Shown one piece after another: positions 1 through 11,769 of a stretch of DNA of 64,000 nucleotides. A model generated the notes under the pieces. The model was not told the origin of the DNA, made no database searches, and saw nothing but the letters and a program-made list of their open reading frames with translations. The stretch lies in NCBI GenBank assembly GCA_000002445.1, contig AL929603.2, forward strand, positions 224,001-288,000, given 5' to 3'. The stretch's first letter is position 1. Each line of letters opens with the position of its first letter. The stretch comes from Trypanosoma brucei (lineage: Eukaryota). The position numbers and the translations under genes were made by a program.

Positions 1-1475
1 GTGCTCTCCTGGCCATTTTCAGTATTCATTCGTGCCCTTGCTACTTGCAGTGACGACTCTGATACAGTTATGGGTTTACCAGCAGCAGATACAAAAAGCG
101 TTGGAACATCTGTGGAATTTCCTTGTACCGCAGTGCTCTCTTGGCCATTTTCAGTATTCATTCGTGCCCTTGCTACTTGCAGTGACGACTCTGATACAGT
201 TATGGGTTTACCAGCGGCAGATACAAAAAGCGTTGGAACATCTGTGGAATTTCCTTGTACCGCAGTGCTCTCTTGGCCATTTTCAGTATTCATTCGTGCC
301 CTTGCTACTTGCAGTGACGACTCTGATACAGTTATGGGTTTACCAGCGGCAGATACAAAAAGCGTTGGAACATCTGTGGAATTTCCTTGTACCGCAGTGC
401 TCTCTTGGCCATTTTCAGTATTCATTCGTGCCCTTGCTACTTGCAGTGACGACTCTGATACAGTTATGGGTTTACCAGCAGCAGATACAAAAAGCGTTGG
501 AACATCTGTGGAATTTCCTTGTACCGCAGTGCTCTCCTGGCCATTTTCAGTATTCATTCGTGCCCTTGCTACTTGCAGTGACGACTCTGATACAGTTATG
601 GGTTTACCAGCAGCAGATACAAAAAGCGTTGGAACATCTGTGGAATTTCCTTGTACCGCAGTGCTCTCCTGGCCATTTTCAGTATTCATTCGTGCCCTTG
701 CTACTTGCAGTGACGACTCTGATACAGTTATGGGTTTACCAGCGGCAGATACAAAAAGCGTTGGAACATCTGTGGAATTTCCTTGTACCGCAGTGCTCTC
801 TTGGCCATTTTCAGTATTCATTCGTGCCCTTGCTACTTGCAGTGACGACTCTGATACAGTTATGGGTTTACCAGCGGCAGATACAAAAAGCGTTGGAACA
901 TCTGTGGAATTTCCTTGTACCGCAGTGCTCTCTTGGCCATTTTCAGTATTCATTCGTGCCCTTGCTACTTGCAGTGACGACTCTGATACAGTTATGGGCT
1001 TACCAGCAGCAGATACAAAAAGCGTTGGAACATCTGTGGAATTTCCTTGTACCGCAGTGCTCTCTTGGCCATTTTCAGTATTCATTCGTGCCCTTGCTAC
1101 TTGCAGTGACGACTCTGATACAGTTATGGGTTTACCAGCGGCAGATACAAAAAGCGTTGGAACATCTGTGGAATTTCCTTGTACCGCAGTGCTCTCCTGG
1201 CCATTTTCAGTATTCATTCGTGCCCTTGCTACTTGCAGTGACGACTCTGATACAGTTATGGGTTTACCAGCAGCAGATACAAAAAGCGTTGGAACATCTG
1301 TGGAATTTCCTTGTACCGCAGTGCTCTCCTGGCCATTTTCAGTATTCATTCGTGCCCTTGCTACTTGCAGTGACGACTCTGATACAGTTATGGGTTTACC
1401 AGCAGCAGATACAAAAAGCGTTGGAACATCTGTGGAATTTCCTTGTACCGCAGTGCTCTCTTGGCCATTTTCAGT
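1..1475. repeat. 132-bp tandem repeat array, 11 full units plus a 23-bp partial unit, truncated by the window start
   Basis: Units start at 1, 133, 265 and so on to 1453 and are over 97% identical. The few polymorphisms include ccagcagcag versus ccagcggcag and ctctcctgg versus ctctcttgg. The period is a multiple of 3, so frames +1 and +2 stay open across the whole array; the ORF track reports these as 1..1503 and 32..1675. Confidence 0.95.
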
Positions 1476-2020
1476 CCCGTACGTGCGGTCCCTCCTCGGC
1501 TGAATTCTCGTTTCCCTCTCCTGCAGTGGACTTTTTCCTTGTACACTTTCTCCAGACCGACTGCGTTGTCTCTTGGGGGCATCGGAGCGGCACTTCGTAC
1601 GGTTCCGTTGCGGCGTATCGGAATTTTGGCGCGCTCCAGAGTTGCTGCCTTGTCTTCCTTTTTTGTGGCTCATAATAATCAGAATTTGACTTCCGAGCAG
1701 ATTAATTAAACAACACACGGGGAATTTCAGGATGGAAGAAAAGGAGGAGGAGGAGGAGGAGCCGAAAAAGAAGAAAAAGGGGACCGGAATGTAGTGCAAA
1801 CAAAGTACTAAAAGGCATTCAATTGCACGCGTGTGGAGGTGGAGGTGGTGAGAATGAGCGAGCAGAAACGTCGGTGCAAAGGGCACGCACCGGGACAACA
1901 ACGGTATACACTTATGTATACTCAGTATCAACAAGCGCAGATGTGAATATTCGCTTCCGCGACAGCAAACAGTACCGCAGAAAGGGGGAAAAGGGCCCTA
2001 ACAGATGCCCACCTTTCTTG

Positions 2021-2620
2021 TTATCGGAGGGGTATGTATTCCGATGGGTCAAGAAATGTCATGTCCTTCATGATATCGAGAACGGCATTCACATAATTCC
2101 AGAGGGGCTGCTTAAACGCAGCCGGCATCGTAGACCCACCTAATTTATCATAATGCGCAAGCAGAGACGGAAGTGCCACAAACAAACGGAGAAGGTACTC
2201 CAATGGTAATACAGCAGCACACTTGCGCTGCGAATTGTCCGTCTCACCTATAGCAGTTTCTTCTGTCGTTTCCCCCTGATCCCCCCGTCGGCGTTTCCCT
2301 ACGCCACGCGCAACCACACGCTTTTCACGCTGAACAGCGGCCATATTAATGACCCGCCTCTCTTTCGAAGAAAGGAACAGCAGAGTGCAGCACTGCTCAA
2401 TCATATCTAACACAAGTCCACGACAGCACGCCGTGATGCACTCCGAAGCTCCGGTACGACGCCTAACATCATCATCAACATCCGTCAGGAATGCAAGCAC
2501 ACCTCCCTGACCGCACTTGGCTGCAATCGGTAATGTTCGCGGTTCATGGGGATGATCCACCTGCTCCAAATGATTGCGCAATATTTGCAGCAACCGCAGG
2601 GGCCACTTGATCTCGTCCAT
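2021..2620 (-). CDS. hypothetical protein (199 aa)
   Basis: Minus-strand ORF on the same strand as the rest of the cluster. No recognisable domain. A purine-rich plus-strand tract (pyrimidine tract on the minus strand) lies upstream at ~3100-3180. Confidence 0.4.
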   Translation of the reverse strand: MDEIKWPLRLLQILRNHLEQVDHPHEPRTLPIAAKCGQGGVLAFLTDVDDDVRRRTGASECITACCRGLVLDMIEQCCTLLFLSSKERRVINMAAVQREKRVVARGVGKRRRGDQGETTEETAIGETDNSQRKCAAVLPLEYLLRLFVALPSLLAHYDKLGGSTMPAAFKQPLWNYVNAVLDIMKDMTFLDPSEYIPLR

Positions 2621-4042
2621 TCACCTGCACCGCGGTAAAAAGAACAATGGCTAAGTGAATAACAACTTTAAAAAGGGAGGGAAGGGGGAAAAAAAGGGAG
2701 TATACTTCACAACTAGAGTGGGAGCCCGAAATCACATGAAAAGGGAAAAAACACAAAGAGAAGTGACTGAAAGTCACTACACAGAAAAAAAAATAATAAT
2801 AATGAATTTCAGAATAAACCAAGAAGAAACACAAAGTGCGCGTGCGGCCACGCATACCTGTATAACGACTTCAGTTTACTAAAACATTGTCCTATATAAC
2901 TTCTTTTTTTCTTCATATTTGAATCAACCACACGACCATCAGTAACAAGAAGAGGCCACACGCTGCGCTCACAAACAATAATCACCGCTTTCCTCCCGAC
3001 CCGCAGCCCTCCGAGTCAGCGCCCACACAAATAGCGACACCAACAGATGCCGAGTGGGCACACAGAAGACACACGGCATGCACTCGACGACTGATGAGTT
3101 CAAAAAGAAAAAAAGAAAAAAGAGAAGGAGAAGGAGGGGGAAGGGGAAGGGGGAAGGAGAGCGAGTGCAATACGGACAGCGGCAAGAAAAGTAACTGTGG
3201 GTGAGGGGAGTTACGCCAGCGGGTGTTGCACCCACCCCCCATCGACTCTGATTGGACAAATTCAAACGTCACCTCCCTCCCCTCCCCCCCAAAAAAAAGA
3301 TAAGATAAGATAAATGGGGTTCTCTTAACCTTCCCCCACTTTTCTACTCCTGCAGTTTTATTGTGATATCTCTTTTTGGTGGGTTTCTTCTTCTTTCCCT
3401 GCGTCTCGCACACTACCCTCCTGAATATATACGGATGTATACTGTTTTCACCCCTACGCAGCAAAATAACAAAAACAAAAGAAAAAAAAAGAAAGCCACC
3501 AACGTTGGACGCTCGGAGAAGGGGATCGTAGCTCTCAAACTCAAAAAGTATACACGTCCATCACTCGCCCCCTCCCCTCCTTTCATTTATTTCCCTCCTG
3601 CCACCCACACCACCCCTACACACAAACACATCCCGTATGACACCTTCGTGCGGAATGGTGAACACGCAACCCTTTCTCGCTCGCACTGACCACAAAACAA
3701 CAAACATCCAGAGGAACCCACACGTACCTCGGGCCCACTCCTCCGTGCATTTGCGAACACAACCAAATATACATTTCCCCACGGACTGACAAAATCTCGG
3801 CCATTCCGTTCCTCAGCTCACCCGCTCTCCGGACCGTCCCACATGAGCCGGCAAGGCGACGACACCATCGAACATATGCGTATACTCACCCAGAAACGCA
3901 AACACAAGCACAGGCACAAGCGCGCACGACGACGAGGATCAAAGACCGGTCGCGTAAGCAAACAAAAAGATAGCGAGGCGAAGAAACAGACGCAAATAAA
4001 GAAGGAAAAGAAGTTGAAGAACCAGCATCCGACACATCAGCT

Positions 4043-5896
4043 TCATGCGGCAGCTCGACATGCCACAATATCGCATGGTACATCGGTGGCAGCGATGAGC
4101 CAAAACCCCTGGAGTTCCCAAGAGAAGAGAAGGGCGTAGTCGTACGGGTAATTCTGCAGAGGATTCTCTCGACCGTTCGCCGCCTTCCCTCCCTTTGGCA
4201 GAGCGCGTGCGTTCAGGAATTGAATGGCCTCCGCAAGGTTGTCCTTTCCAAGACCAACCAGGTGAGTGACATTAAACTTCATCTCACGCGGAGTTACCTG
4301 ATACACAACCGTACACCATGCCGCATCCCAAACTCGAACACGGTGCTCCTCCTCGCGCTTTACCGCAGGCCCGGTAGACACGCTGCCGGCCTTCTCCTCG
4401 CGGTCCGCCGACTTGTGGTTTTGTGTTGCCAGAGCGCGCTTCAACCACGCGCTCTTCTCTGCCGTGGCGTTGGTAGTTGGATTGTTTGCAGCACCCGAAG
4501 CTACAATCATCTGCGCTAGCAACGTTGAGCTGTTCTTGTACTCCTTTGCGTACCGACGGAACGCTGTACGTTTGTCGCCTTGTCCCACCGCGTCACTGAA
4601 TAATATGGTATCACACACTACACAAAAATCAGCTGGCCAGTGAATTGTTTTGGAGTTGAGCGCATCCACCGCCTCCTGAATTGATGTGAAATGAGAGGAA
4701 ACGTCGAACGCCTGCTCCTCACGAGTGAGTTTGTCATTATTTTTGATGGGGCAAGTGGAAGAAGCACGCCAACGAGTAGTAAACTGCTGTTGTTGTTGTT
4801 GCTGCTGTTGCAGCAGGCGTTCAATAATTGCTGAACCCCCACCTTTTATCGCCTGCACCGAACCCGTACGGCTCCCAGCCTCCGCGCTAAGAATGGCCGG
4901 GTCGGTTATTACTGGAGGAGCGGCAGGCGACCAAGGCGAGCCCCGCGGATTGGCAGACTTTGCGCTACGGGGCTGTGGAATTGCAATTCCCGCAGGGCTA
5001 CGGGGCCCAACGACTGCCATCAATGACGTGAACACACACCTCTCCCCTTCATGGAAACTTGGCGCACAGCTTGTCACACACAACTTCGACGATTTTACCC
5101 AAAGACCCCAGTCCCGATGAGAAGCGCTGCTTCCAGGACTGACAGGTTTCTCCACAGCGTCCTCTGTAGCGTCAGCGAACCCGTATGAGTTACATGCAGC
5201 ACATATTTCCTCGTTCAGAGTGGTGGTAGAGGTAAGAAGATTCGCACAAATAACGATCACCTCCGCGCTTCCAAGTAACGGAATTATGCTGCTAAGCGCT
5301 GCCGTGCGGACCCATGGTTGCGCCCCCGGATCCATGTACAACATGCCGACGGTCACCGAAGCCCCGGGAAAGGAGCGCACTTGCAGTGTCATGAACAGCT
5401 TCACAGCGCTGGCAACACTGCTGTGACTTGTGCTTCCTTCGCTCTCACCATTCGTGTTGTTGCTGATCTCCAGCTCCTTAGTCACATTTTCAACACTTTC
5501 ACAGGTCATGCCAATCCGAACTAGGGTGACAGTTCCCCTTTCGGTCGGCTCACGCGGCTCATACCGAATGTTGTCCGTGATTCCGTAGAACTTCCTCACC
5601 GATGACAGTTGCATAAGCTGTCTTCTCGTCGCGGCATTGCAATTGTGAATGAAAACAAACGAAGGCGATGACCCAGAGAGTATACGGCCCAGCGCCTCGG
5701 CATCAGCAGCAGACGAGGAGGCGTTGGCGGCGTCCACTGTGCAAACTGAAAAACTTTTCGGCATCCCGCTGTTCCCTCCTCCAGGTGCCGAAGCACCGGC
5801 AGCAGCGGCAGCAGCGGCAGCAGTGGAGTTCCTCTTCTCCGTCCATGACTGTCCCTCGTCAAAATGCTTCAGTTTGACTTGCATCATCTCCCCCAC
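4043..5896 (-). CDS. hypothetical protein (617 aa) with poly-Ala and poly-Gln tracts
   Basis: Long minus-strand ORF. A pyrimidine tract on the coding strand lies immediately upstream at 5900-5940 (plus strand ccccacccccctcaaaagaaaaaaaaagaaag). No confident domain call. Confidence 0.65.
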   Translation of the reverse strand: MGEMMQVKLKHFDEGQSWTEKRNSTAAAAAAAAGASAPGGGNSGMPKSFSVCTVDAANASSSAADAEALGRILSGSSPSFVFIHNCNAATRRQLMQLSSVRKFYGITDNIRYEPREPTERGTVTLVRIGMTCESVENVTKELEISNNTNGESEGSTSHSSVASAVKLFMTLQVRSFPGASVTVGMLYMDPGAQPWVRTAALSSIIPLLGSAEVIVICANLLTSTTTLNEEICAACNSYGFADATEDAVEKPVSPGSSASHRDWGLWVKSSKLCVTSCAPSFHEGERCVFTSLMAVVGPRSPAGIAIPQPRSAKSANPRGSPWSPAAPPVITDPAILSAEAGSRTGSVQAIKGGGSAIIERLLQQQQQQQQQFTTRWRASSTCPIKNNDKLTREEQAFDVSSHFTSIQEAVDALNSKTIHWPADFCVVCDTILFSDAVGQGDKRTAFRRYAKEYKNSSTLLAQMIVASGAANNPTTNATAEKSAWLKRALATQNHKSADREEKAGSVSTGPAVKREEEHRVRVWDAAWCTVVYQVTPREMKFNVTHLVGLGKDNLAEAIQFLNARALPKGGKAANGRENPLQNYPYDYALLFSWELQGFWLIAATDVPCDIVACRAAA

Positions 5897-6693
5897 CCCC
5901 TCAAAAGAAAAAAAAAGAAAGAAAAACCGGCCTCACACCCAACTTATACAAAGCTTCCTTCCGCCGCTCACCAAATCACCGTACCGCTGAGGGATATCTC
6001 TACCCCGGGGAGACGCTCACACCAACAACACGGTTGCGCAGGCACAGCCAGTCACTCTCTCACACGGTCCAAATGTTTCTATCCACCCTCAGGGCGGCTC
6101 AAGAGGTGTACTGCAAAGTGGAAAAAAAAAAGGCAGTGGAGTAACAAAGGTGGAAGGAAGGAAGTTTTTACAATTAAAAAAAACCATCGGTAAACGACGC
6201 GGTCCCATATGGCTCAGCAGTGCTCCGCAAAGTAATAATGAGGCGAGTGTAAACATTGGGAATAAGAAGATCTGCTACATCATTTAAAAATCATGAAGAT
6301 AACAGTAAATACAGTAAAAAGGGGTTATAAAATGGAAACAAAAAAAAGCTGCAATAACAGTGTCGGGGGGGAATGTTTAGACACATCACGCCGCAAACGG
6401 TATCGCGTGTACCGATCGTTTGCCCTCTAAGGTAACACTTATTTTTTTTCATTTTGTTTTTTTTTTCATGCACTCCAAATGTACACTCCATCGCCAATGT
6501 CCCCCTATAAACCACGGAAGAAGAAGGAAGAACGTATCCGAATACACACACACGCGCGTATACATATACATGTGAGTATACGCACCGACACGTAATATCT
6601 TCAACTCCCCGTAGCACGACCTCTTCGTCCATGAAAAATACAAAAGCGGGAAGATAGTTTAAAAGAGAAAAATACAACAACAGGCTGGAAAAT

Positions 6694-7440
6694 TCATTTC
6701 ACAAGAGCAGATGAAACAATAGAGGCGCTGTCGTGCCAGCGCCCGGAAGTCTGACCTTCCCTGGCTTCCCACCCTTCCCTGTCGCTGGAACCACTTGCGC
6801 TGAGGACGCAAACCTTTCTTTTTAAATCTGGCAAGGGAAACCTGGCTGAGGCTGGCTGACAACCGGTCCCTGCGGCCCGCTCCAACTCCCACCGCTGCTC
6901 CTTCCGATCGCGCAGTCTATCTAAACACTGCATACGGTGTTCTGCATGCCGCATTAGCGTGGGCATGTCAGATGCCAATCGTTTGGCACTGATGATGCTC
7001 CACACCTCCTCTCGCCTCCGCCTCTCTCTCGAAGGATGCTGCGCTAAAATTTCCGAATTGCCTGCAAAGCTCTTACCGAACTGCACAAGCATTTGTCCAG
7101 CCTTTCTTTGTAAACTAATCCTCCTGTCGACACTATTCCACAGTCGGCTTTGCTTCGTTCTTGTGAGCGGGAACCCGGAACTACACCCCGCGTGCGGCGG
7201 GGTTATCAACGGACCCTCACCGCCAGATGGCTCTACAACTTCCTCCTGCCCTTTCCTTTGAGCACTTCTGTACGCAGCCCAACTTCCCTGTGGAATCTCA
7301 AAGGCATCGGGAAACACAATCATCTCATATTTCGTCCCCTCCTTAAGGTGCTCGAGGAAGGAATAGGGCTCAATGACGACATCACCAGGTGTGCGTGACA
7401 ACTCACTTACAAAAGAAGGGTACATCACACACACACACAC
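6694..7440 (-). CDS. hypothetical protein (up to 248 aa; true start may be an internal Met)
   Basis: Minus-strand ORF between the 617-aa gene and PGKC. A (CA)n microsatellite sits at its 5' end (7423-7444). Confidence 0.45.
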   Translation of the reverse strand: MCVCVMYPSFVSELSRTPGDVVIEPYSFLEHLKEGTKYEMIVFPDAFEIPQGSWAAYRSAQRKGQEEVVEPSGGEGPLITPPHAGCSSGFPLTRTKQSRLWNSVDRRISLQRKAGQMLVQFGKSFAGNSEILAQHPSRERRRREEVWSIISAKRLASDMPTLMRHAEHRMQCLDRLRDRKEQRWELERAAGTGCQPASARFPLPDLKRKVCVLSASGSSDREGWEAREGQTSGRWHDSASIVSSALVK

Positions 7441-8503
7441 ACACGCAGAAAACAGACGAGAGAGGGCAAAAGCAACTAACGGCTCTTAAAAGCAAATCAC
7501 AGCCCAGTGATTCTCTAAACTTACAATGCTGTTTCACCACCAACAAACACAAATAAACATATGTTTGTGTGTGCGCATTAGCATAACCAGTAAAAAAGAT
7601 GCAGAGGGAAGAAAAGTAGAAGAAGATCGAGAGAGAGAGAACCGTAATATTGTCCATTATCCCAAAATGAAAAGCAATGGGGAACTGTAACGGCCCCTCG
7701 ACAAAATAGAACACAGGCAAAGGAAAAAGAAAAGCATTCACACCCCAGCCCTCTTCAATAACCTCAATATTTACTTTCGAGCATATTAATTGCCCAGTTT
7801 AGAAAATGAGAGAAGCAAGAAGCACAAAAGAGAGATTTTTTAAAAAAGAAAGGGAAATATATATATATATAATTACATATTTTAATACGTTTTATATTAT
7901 TTTAAGTAAGGTATGAATTCACTCCGTGTGGCCCGCTTTCTGCGTCTTCTTCACGAGGAAGATCATCCACAGAAGAAATTGAAAAAACAACAACACAATC
8001 TCAACCACTAGAAAAAGGACATATAACACAGAGAATGATCTCCCACTCAGCAGCGCAAGCAAACGAAAGGTGTTTTTTTCCAAAAATAAATATATATCAC
8101 TCTTCCTTTCTCTTTCCCTTTATTTCTCATTTTTAGAGTCCATTTCCCAGTATCAACATGTCCTCCCTCATACTTAATTACATCGACATTTCCTCATGAA
8201 GGGGCAAATAACCTCTGCTTTCTTCTGTTCCTCAGTCCTTCTACACCACAATAACTCCCAAATATGAATTCCTGAAAAGGCATTTTTCAGTTGAACAAGT
8301 AAGAACACGAAGCTTCCCAATTTTTGTGTCACCAAAAAATTTACCTCTGCTTTATTTACTCCCACCCACCAAAATAATTAAGATAACGAACCCCCAAAAC
8401 TAATTAACCTTGAAAACATCACAAAAAAGAAACAAATCCTTCATCTATAAAGACAAGACAAACTTCCAAAAGTATTTTGCAGAAATATATTTTTTCTGGA
8501 AGT

Positions 8504-9826
8504 TTAAAGAGAGCTCCACCGGTTAGAAAGAGTTCCAGTACCTGCAGAGGCATACGACACAACCGCCGACTTTTCGTCCAATACTGCAACGCCGGGAAGC
8601 GTTTTGCCCTCGAGGAGTTCCAAAGACGCACCACCACCAGTTGAAACATGAGACATGCGCTTCGCCTCACCGCTCAACTCAGCTGCACTTGCGCTGTCAC
8701 CACCACCGATGATACTCATGAGTCCATGCTCGTGAGTTCCTCGACCCATGGCTTTCGCAATTGCAAATGTACCTTTGGAATAAGGAACCATTTCAAATAC
8801 ACCCATGGGACCGTTCCAAATGGCGCTCTTACACTTCCCAATCGTCTGAACATATTTTTCAATAGTCTTGGGACCAATATCCAGAGCCATATGTCCTTCA
8901 GGGATGTTTTGATCCTCAGTTATCAATGGAGAATCCACAGCTTTGAATTCCGTGTGGCAAACATGATCAATTGGAAGAATAACCTGCACCTTGCGGTCCT
9001 CCGCCTTCTTCAGCAGGGATCGAGCAAATTCAAGTTTACTTTCCTCGCACTTCGATTTTCCAATGCTGTAACCCTGAGCCTTCAGAAATGTGTATGCCAT
9101 TGCACCACCAATTAAGAGATAATCGATGCGCTGCAACATGTTATCCAGAAGTTGGATCTTGTCGCTCACTTTCGCTCCACCAACGATAGCAACCAGCGGA
9201 CGCGGCGGGTTACCAAGTACCTTAGCGAAGTATGAAATCTCCTTCTCCATCAAATAACCGGCAGCACCGTTGCCCAAAATCTTTGGAATTCCGGTCATGG
9301 TAGCACTGTCACGGTGAGCTGTACCAAAAGCATCACTGATGTAAACATCACCATATGACGCAAGGATCTTGGCCATGGCTTCACGTTCTTTTGCCTTCTT
9401 GCTGCCCTCTTCTTTGTAAAAGCGTACATTTTCAAGCAGAACAACATCGCCCGGAGACATCTTAGAGACGACATCTGCAGCATTCAGGCAGTCAGGTGCG
9501 AATGTGACGGGCCTCAATAGCAGTTCGCTGAGGCGCTTGGCTACCGGTTTGAGTGTTGCCTTCTGTTGGAACCCGGGAACACCGCCAGTGCTCCGTATTT
9601 TGTCAGCTTGCGCCATGGGAATACCTTTCGGCCTCCCGAGGTGGCTCATGAGAACACAACTGCCGCCTTCTGTGAGAACCTTCTTGAGCGTTGGCAGAGC
9701 TGATCGGATTCGGTAGTCGTTGGTGATCTTACCGTTTTTCACGGGAACATTAAAGTCAACACGGATAAGAACCTTCTTTCCCTTAAGATCGCATTCATTA
9801 ATGCTCTTCTTCTCGTTAAGGGTCAT
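8504..9826 (-). CDS. PGKC: phosphoglycerate kinase, glycosomal isoform with a ~20-aa C-terminal extension ending -SSL (PTS1-like)
   Basis: The 440-aa ORF has the full PGK fold motifs: VLIRVDFNVP, SHLGRPKG, GGGASLELLEGK. It is about 95% identical in nucleotide sequence to the next copy, but carries a unique 3' extension encoding ...SAVVSYASAGTGTLSNRWSSL. Confidence 0.95.
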   Translation of the reverse strand: MTLNEKKSINECDLKGKKVLIRVDFNVPVKNGKITNDYRIRSALPTLKKVLTEGGSCVLMSHLGRPKGIPMAQADKIRSTGGVPGFQQKATLKPVAKRLSELLLRPVTFAPDCLNAADVVSKMSPGDVVLLENVRFYKEEGSKKAKEREAMAKILASYGDVYISDAFGTAHRDSATMTGIPKILGNGAAGYLMEKEISYFAKVLGNPPRPLVAIVGGAKVSDKIQLLDNMLQRIDYLLIGGAMAYTFLKAQGYSIGKSKCEESKLEFARSLLKKAEDRKVQVILPIDHVCHTEFKAVDSPLITEDQNIPEGHMALDIGPKTIEKYVQTIGKCKSAIWNGPMGVFEMVPYSKGTFAIAKAMGRGTHEHGLMSIIGGGDSASAAELSGEAKRMSHVSTGGGASLELLEGKTLPGVAVLDEKSAVVSYASAGTGTLSNRWSSL

Positions 9827-10175
9827 CTTGTATCACAATTACTTATTAGGTGGAAAAACGTATCTCCGCAGCAATTATGCTTTGATATCACCAAAGAGCT
9901 GAACCTACAGTCCAAACGATTTGAGTGAAAAAGAGTGAAGTAACAAAGATAAACACAAAGTTACACAGTAGAACGATCAAAAAGATAGAAATATCATAGC
10001 GGTTGAAATATTACTGTGCAATCGATACATAGTACCAAAAAATAAAATGAGTAGAAAAAACATAAATGTTATCCTAAAAAAAAAATAATAGTCACGTACG
10101 AACCAATACCTAACCAACAAATAAAAAGGACTAAAAAACACAATTCCATAAAACAGGCCCGTAACAGGATGAATA

Positions 10176-11438
10176 TTACTCCTTTTCGTCCAATACTGTA
10201 ACGCCGGGAAGCGTTTTGCCCTCGAGGAGTTCCAAAGACGCACCACCACCAGTTGAAACATGAGACATGCGCTTCGCCTCACCGCTCAACTCAGCTGCAC
10301 TTGCGCTGTCACCACCACCGATGATACTCATGAGTCCATGCTCGTGAGTTCCTCGACCCATGGCTTTCGCAATTGCAAATGTACCTTTGGAATAAGGAAC
10401 CATTTCAAATACACCCATGGGACCGTTCCAAATGGCGCTCTTACACTTCCCAATCGTCTGAACATATTTTTCAATAGTCTTGGGACCAATATCCAGAGCC
10501 ATATGTCCTTCAGGGATGTTTTGATCCTCAGTTATCAATGGAGAATCCACAGCTTTGAATTCCGTGTGGCAAACATGATCAATTGGAAGAATAACCTGCA
10601 CCTTGCGGTCCTCCGCCTTCTTCAGCAGGGATCGAGCAAATTCAAGTTTACTTTCCTCGCACATGGATATTCCAATGCTGTAACCCTGAGCCTTCAGAAA
10701 TGTGTATGCCATTGCACCACCAATTAAGAGATAATCGATGCGCTGCAACATGTTATCCAGAAGTTGGATCTTGTCGCTCACTTTCGCTCCACCAACGATA
10801 GCAACCAGCGGACGCGGCGGGTTACCAAGTACCTTAGCGAAGTATGAAATCTCCTTCTCCATCAAATAACCGGCAGCACCGTGACCCAAAATCTTTGGAA
10901 TTCCGGTCATGGTAGCACTGTCACGGTGAGCTGTACCAAAAGCATCACTGATGTAAACATCACCATATGACGCAAGGATCTTGGCCATGGCTTCACGTTC
11001 CTCAGTGCTCTTGCTGCCCTCTTCTTTGTAGAAGCGTACATTTTCAAGCAGAACAACATCGCCCGGAGACATCTTAGAGACGACATCTGCAGCATTCAGG
11101 CAGTCAGGTGCGAATGTGACGGGTCTCGATAACAATTCGCTGAGGCGCTTGGCTACCGGTTTGAGTGTTGCCTTCTGCTCGAACCCGGGAATACCGCCAG
11201 TGCTCCGCAGTTCTTTGCCTTCAGCCATAGAAACGCCTTTCGGCCTCCCGAGGTGGCTCATGAGAACACAACTGCCGCCTTCTGTGAGAACTTTTTGGAC
11301 GGCTGGAAGAGCTGATCGGATTCGGTAGTCGTTGGTAATATTACCATCATCCAGAGGAACATTAAAGTCAACACGGATAAGAACCTTCTTTCCCTTAAGA
11401 TCGCATTCATTAATGCTCTTCCTCTCTTTTAGTGACAT
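10176..11438 (-). CDS. PGKB: phosphoglycerate kinase, cytosolic-type isoform (420 aa)
   Basis: Canonical-length PGK. It is the middle copy of the tandem array and has no C-terminal extension. Confidence 0.95.
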   Translation of the reverse strand: MSLKERKSINECDLKGKKVLIRVDFNVPLDDGNITNDYRIRSALPAVQKVLTEGGSCVLMSHLGRPKGVSMAEGKELRSTGGIPGFEQKATLKPVAKRLSELLSRPVTFAPDCLNAADVVSKMSPGDVVLLENVRFYKEEGSKSTEEREAMAKILASYGDVYISDAFGTAHRDSATMTGIPKILGHGAAGYLMEKEISYFAKVLGNPPRPLVAIVGGAKVSDKIQLLDNMLQRIDYLLIGGAMAYTFLKAQGYSIGISMCEESKLEFARSLLKKAEDRKVQVILPIDHVCHTEFKAVDSPLITEDQNIPEGHMALDIGPKTIEKYVQTIGKCKSAIWNGPMGVFEMVPYSKGTFAIAKAMGRGTHEHGLMSIIGGGDSASAAELSGEAKRMSHVSTGGGASLELLEGKTLPGVTVLDEKE

Positions 11439-11769
11439 ATTTGATTTGTGATCAGATAAGTATATATCGATATATATAGTTTTTTCAAAAAAATAAGAAA
11501 CTCCCTTGTTACAATTTTTTAATGTTTTGAAACAAAAAATACAAGTATGTTGGCTAAGTGAGAAAACGTTGAAAAGAAGTGACTGCGAGACTTGGGCAAG
11601 GGGGATTCGGTTTAAATTTTTGAATCAAAAGACTAAAAACTTCATTATGTACTTCTCAAACAACGTTCACAAATAATAAACGATATACTAAAAGTATTCA
11701 AAACTCCCACGACATCAGAAAAACATAGGGCAGGAGAAAAAAAAAAACAAACCCTTCGCCTGATGTACA

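Noticed and set aside
1-1475. Considered a CRISPR array or a centromeric satellite for the 132-bp repeat
   Set aside because: Units are contiguous and near-identical with no unique spacers, and the context is eukaryotic, so it is not CRISPR. The array is GC-balanced rather than AT-rich and sits beside housekeeping genes, so I cannot support a centromere call from sequence alone.
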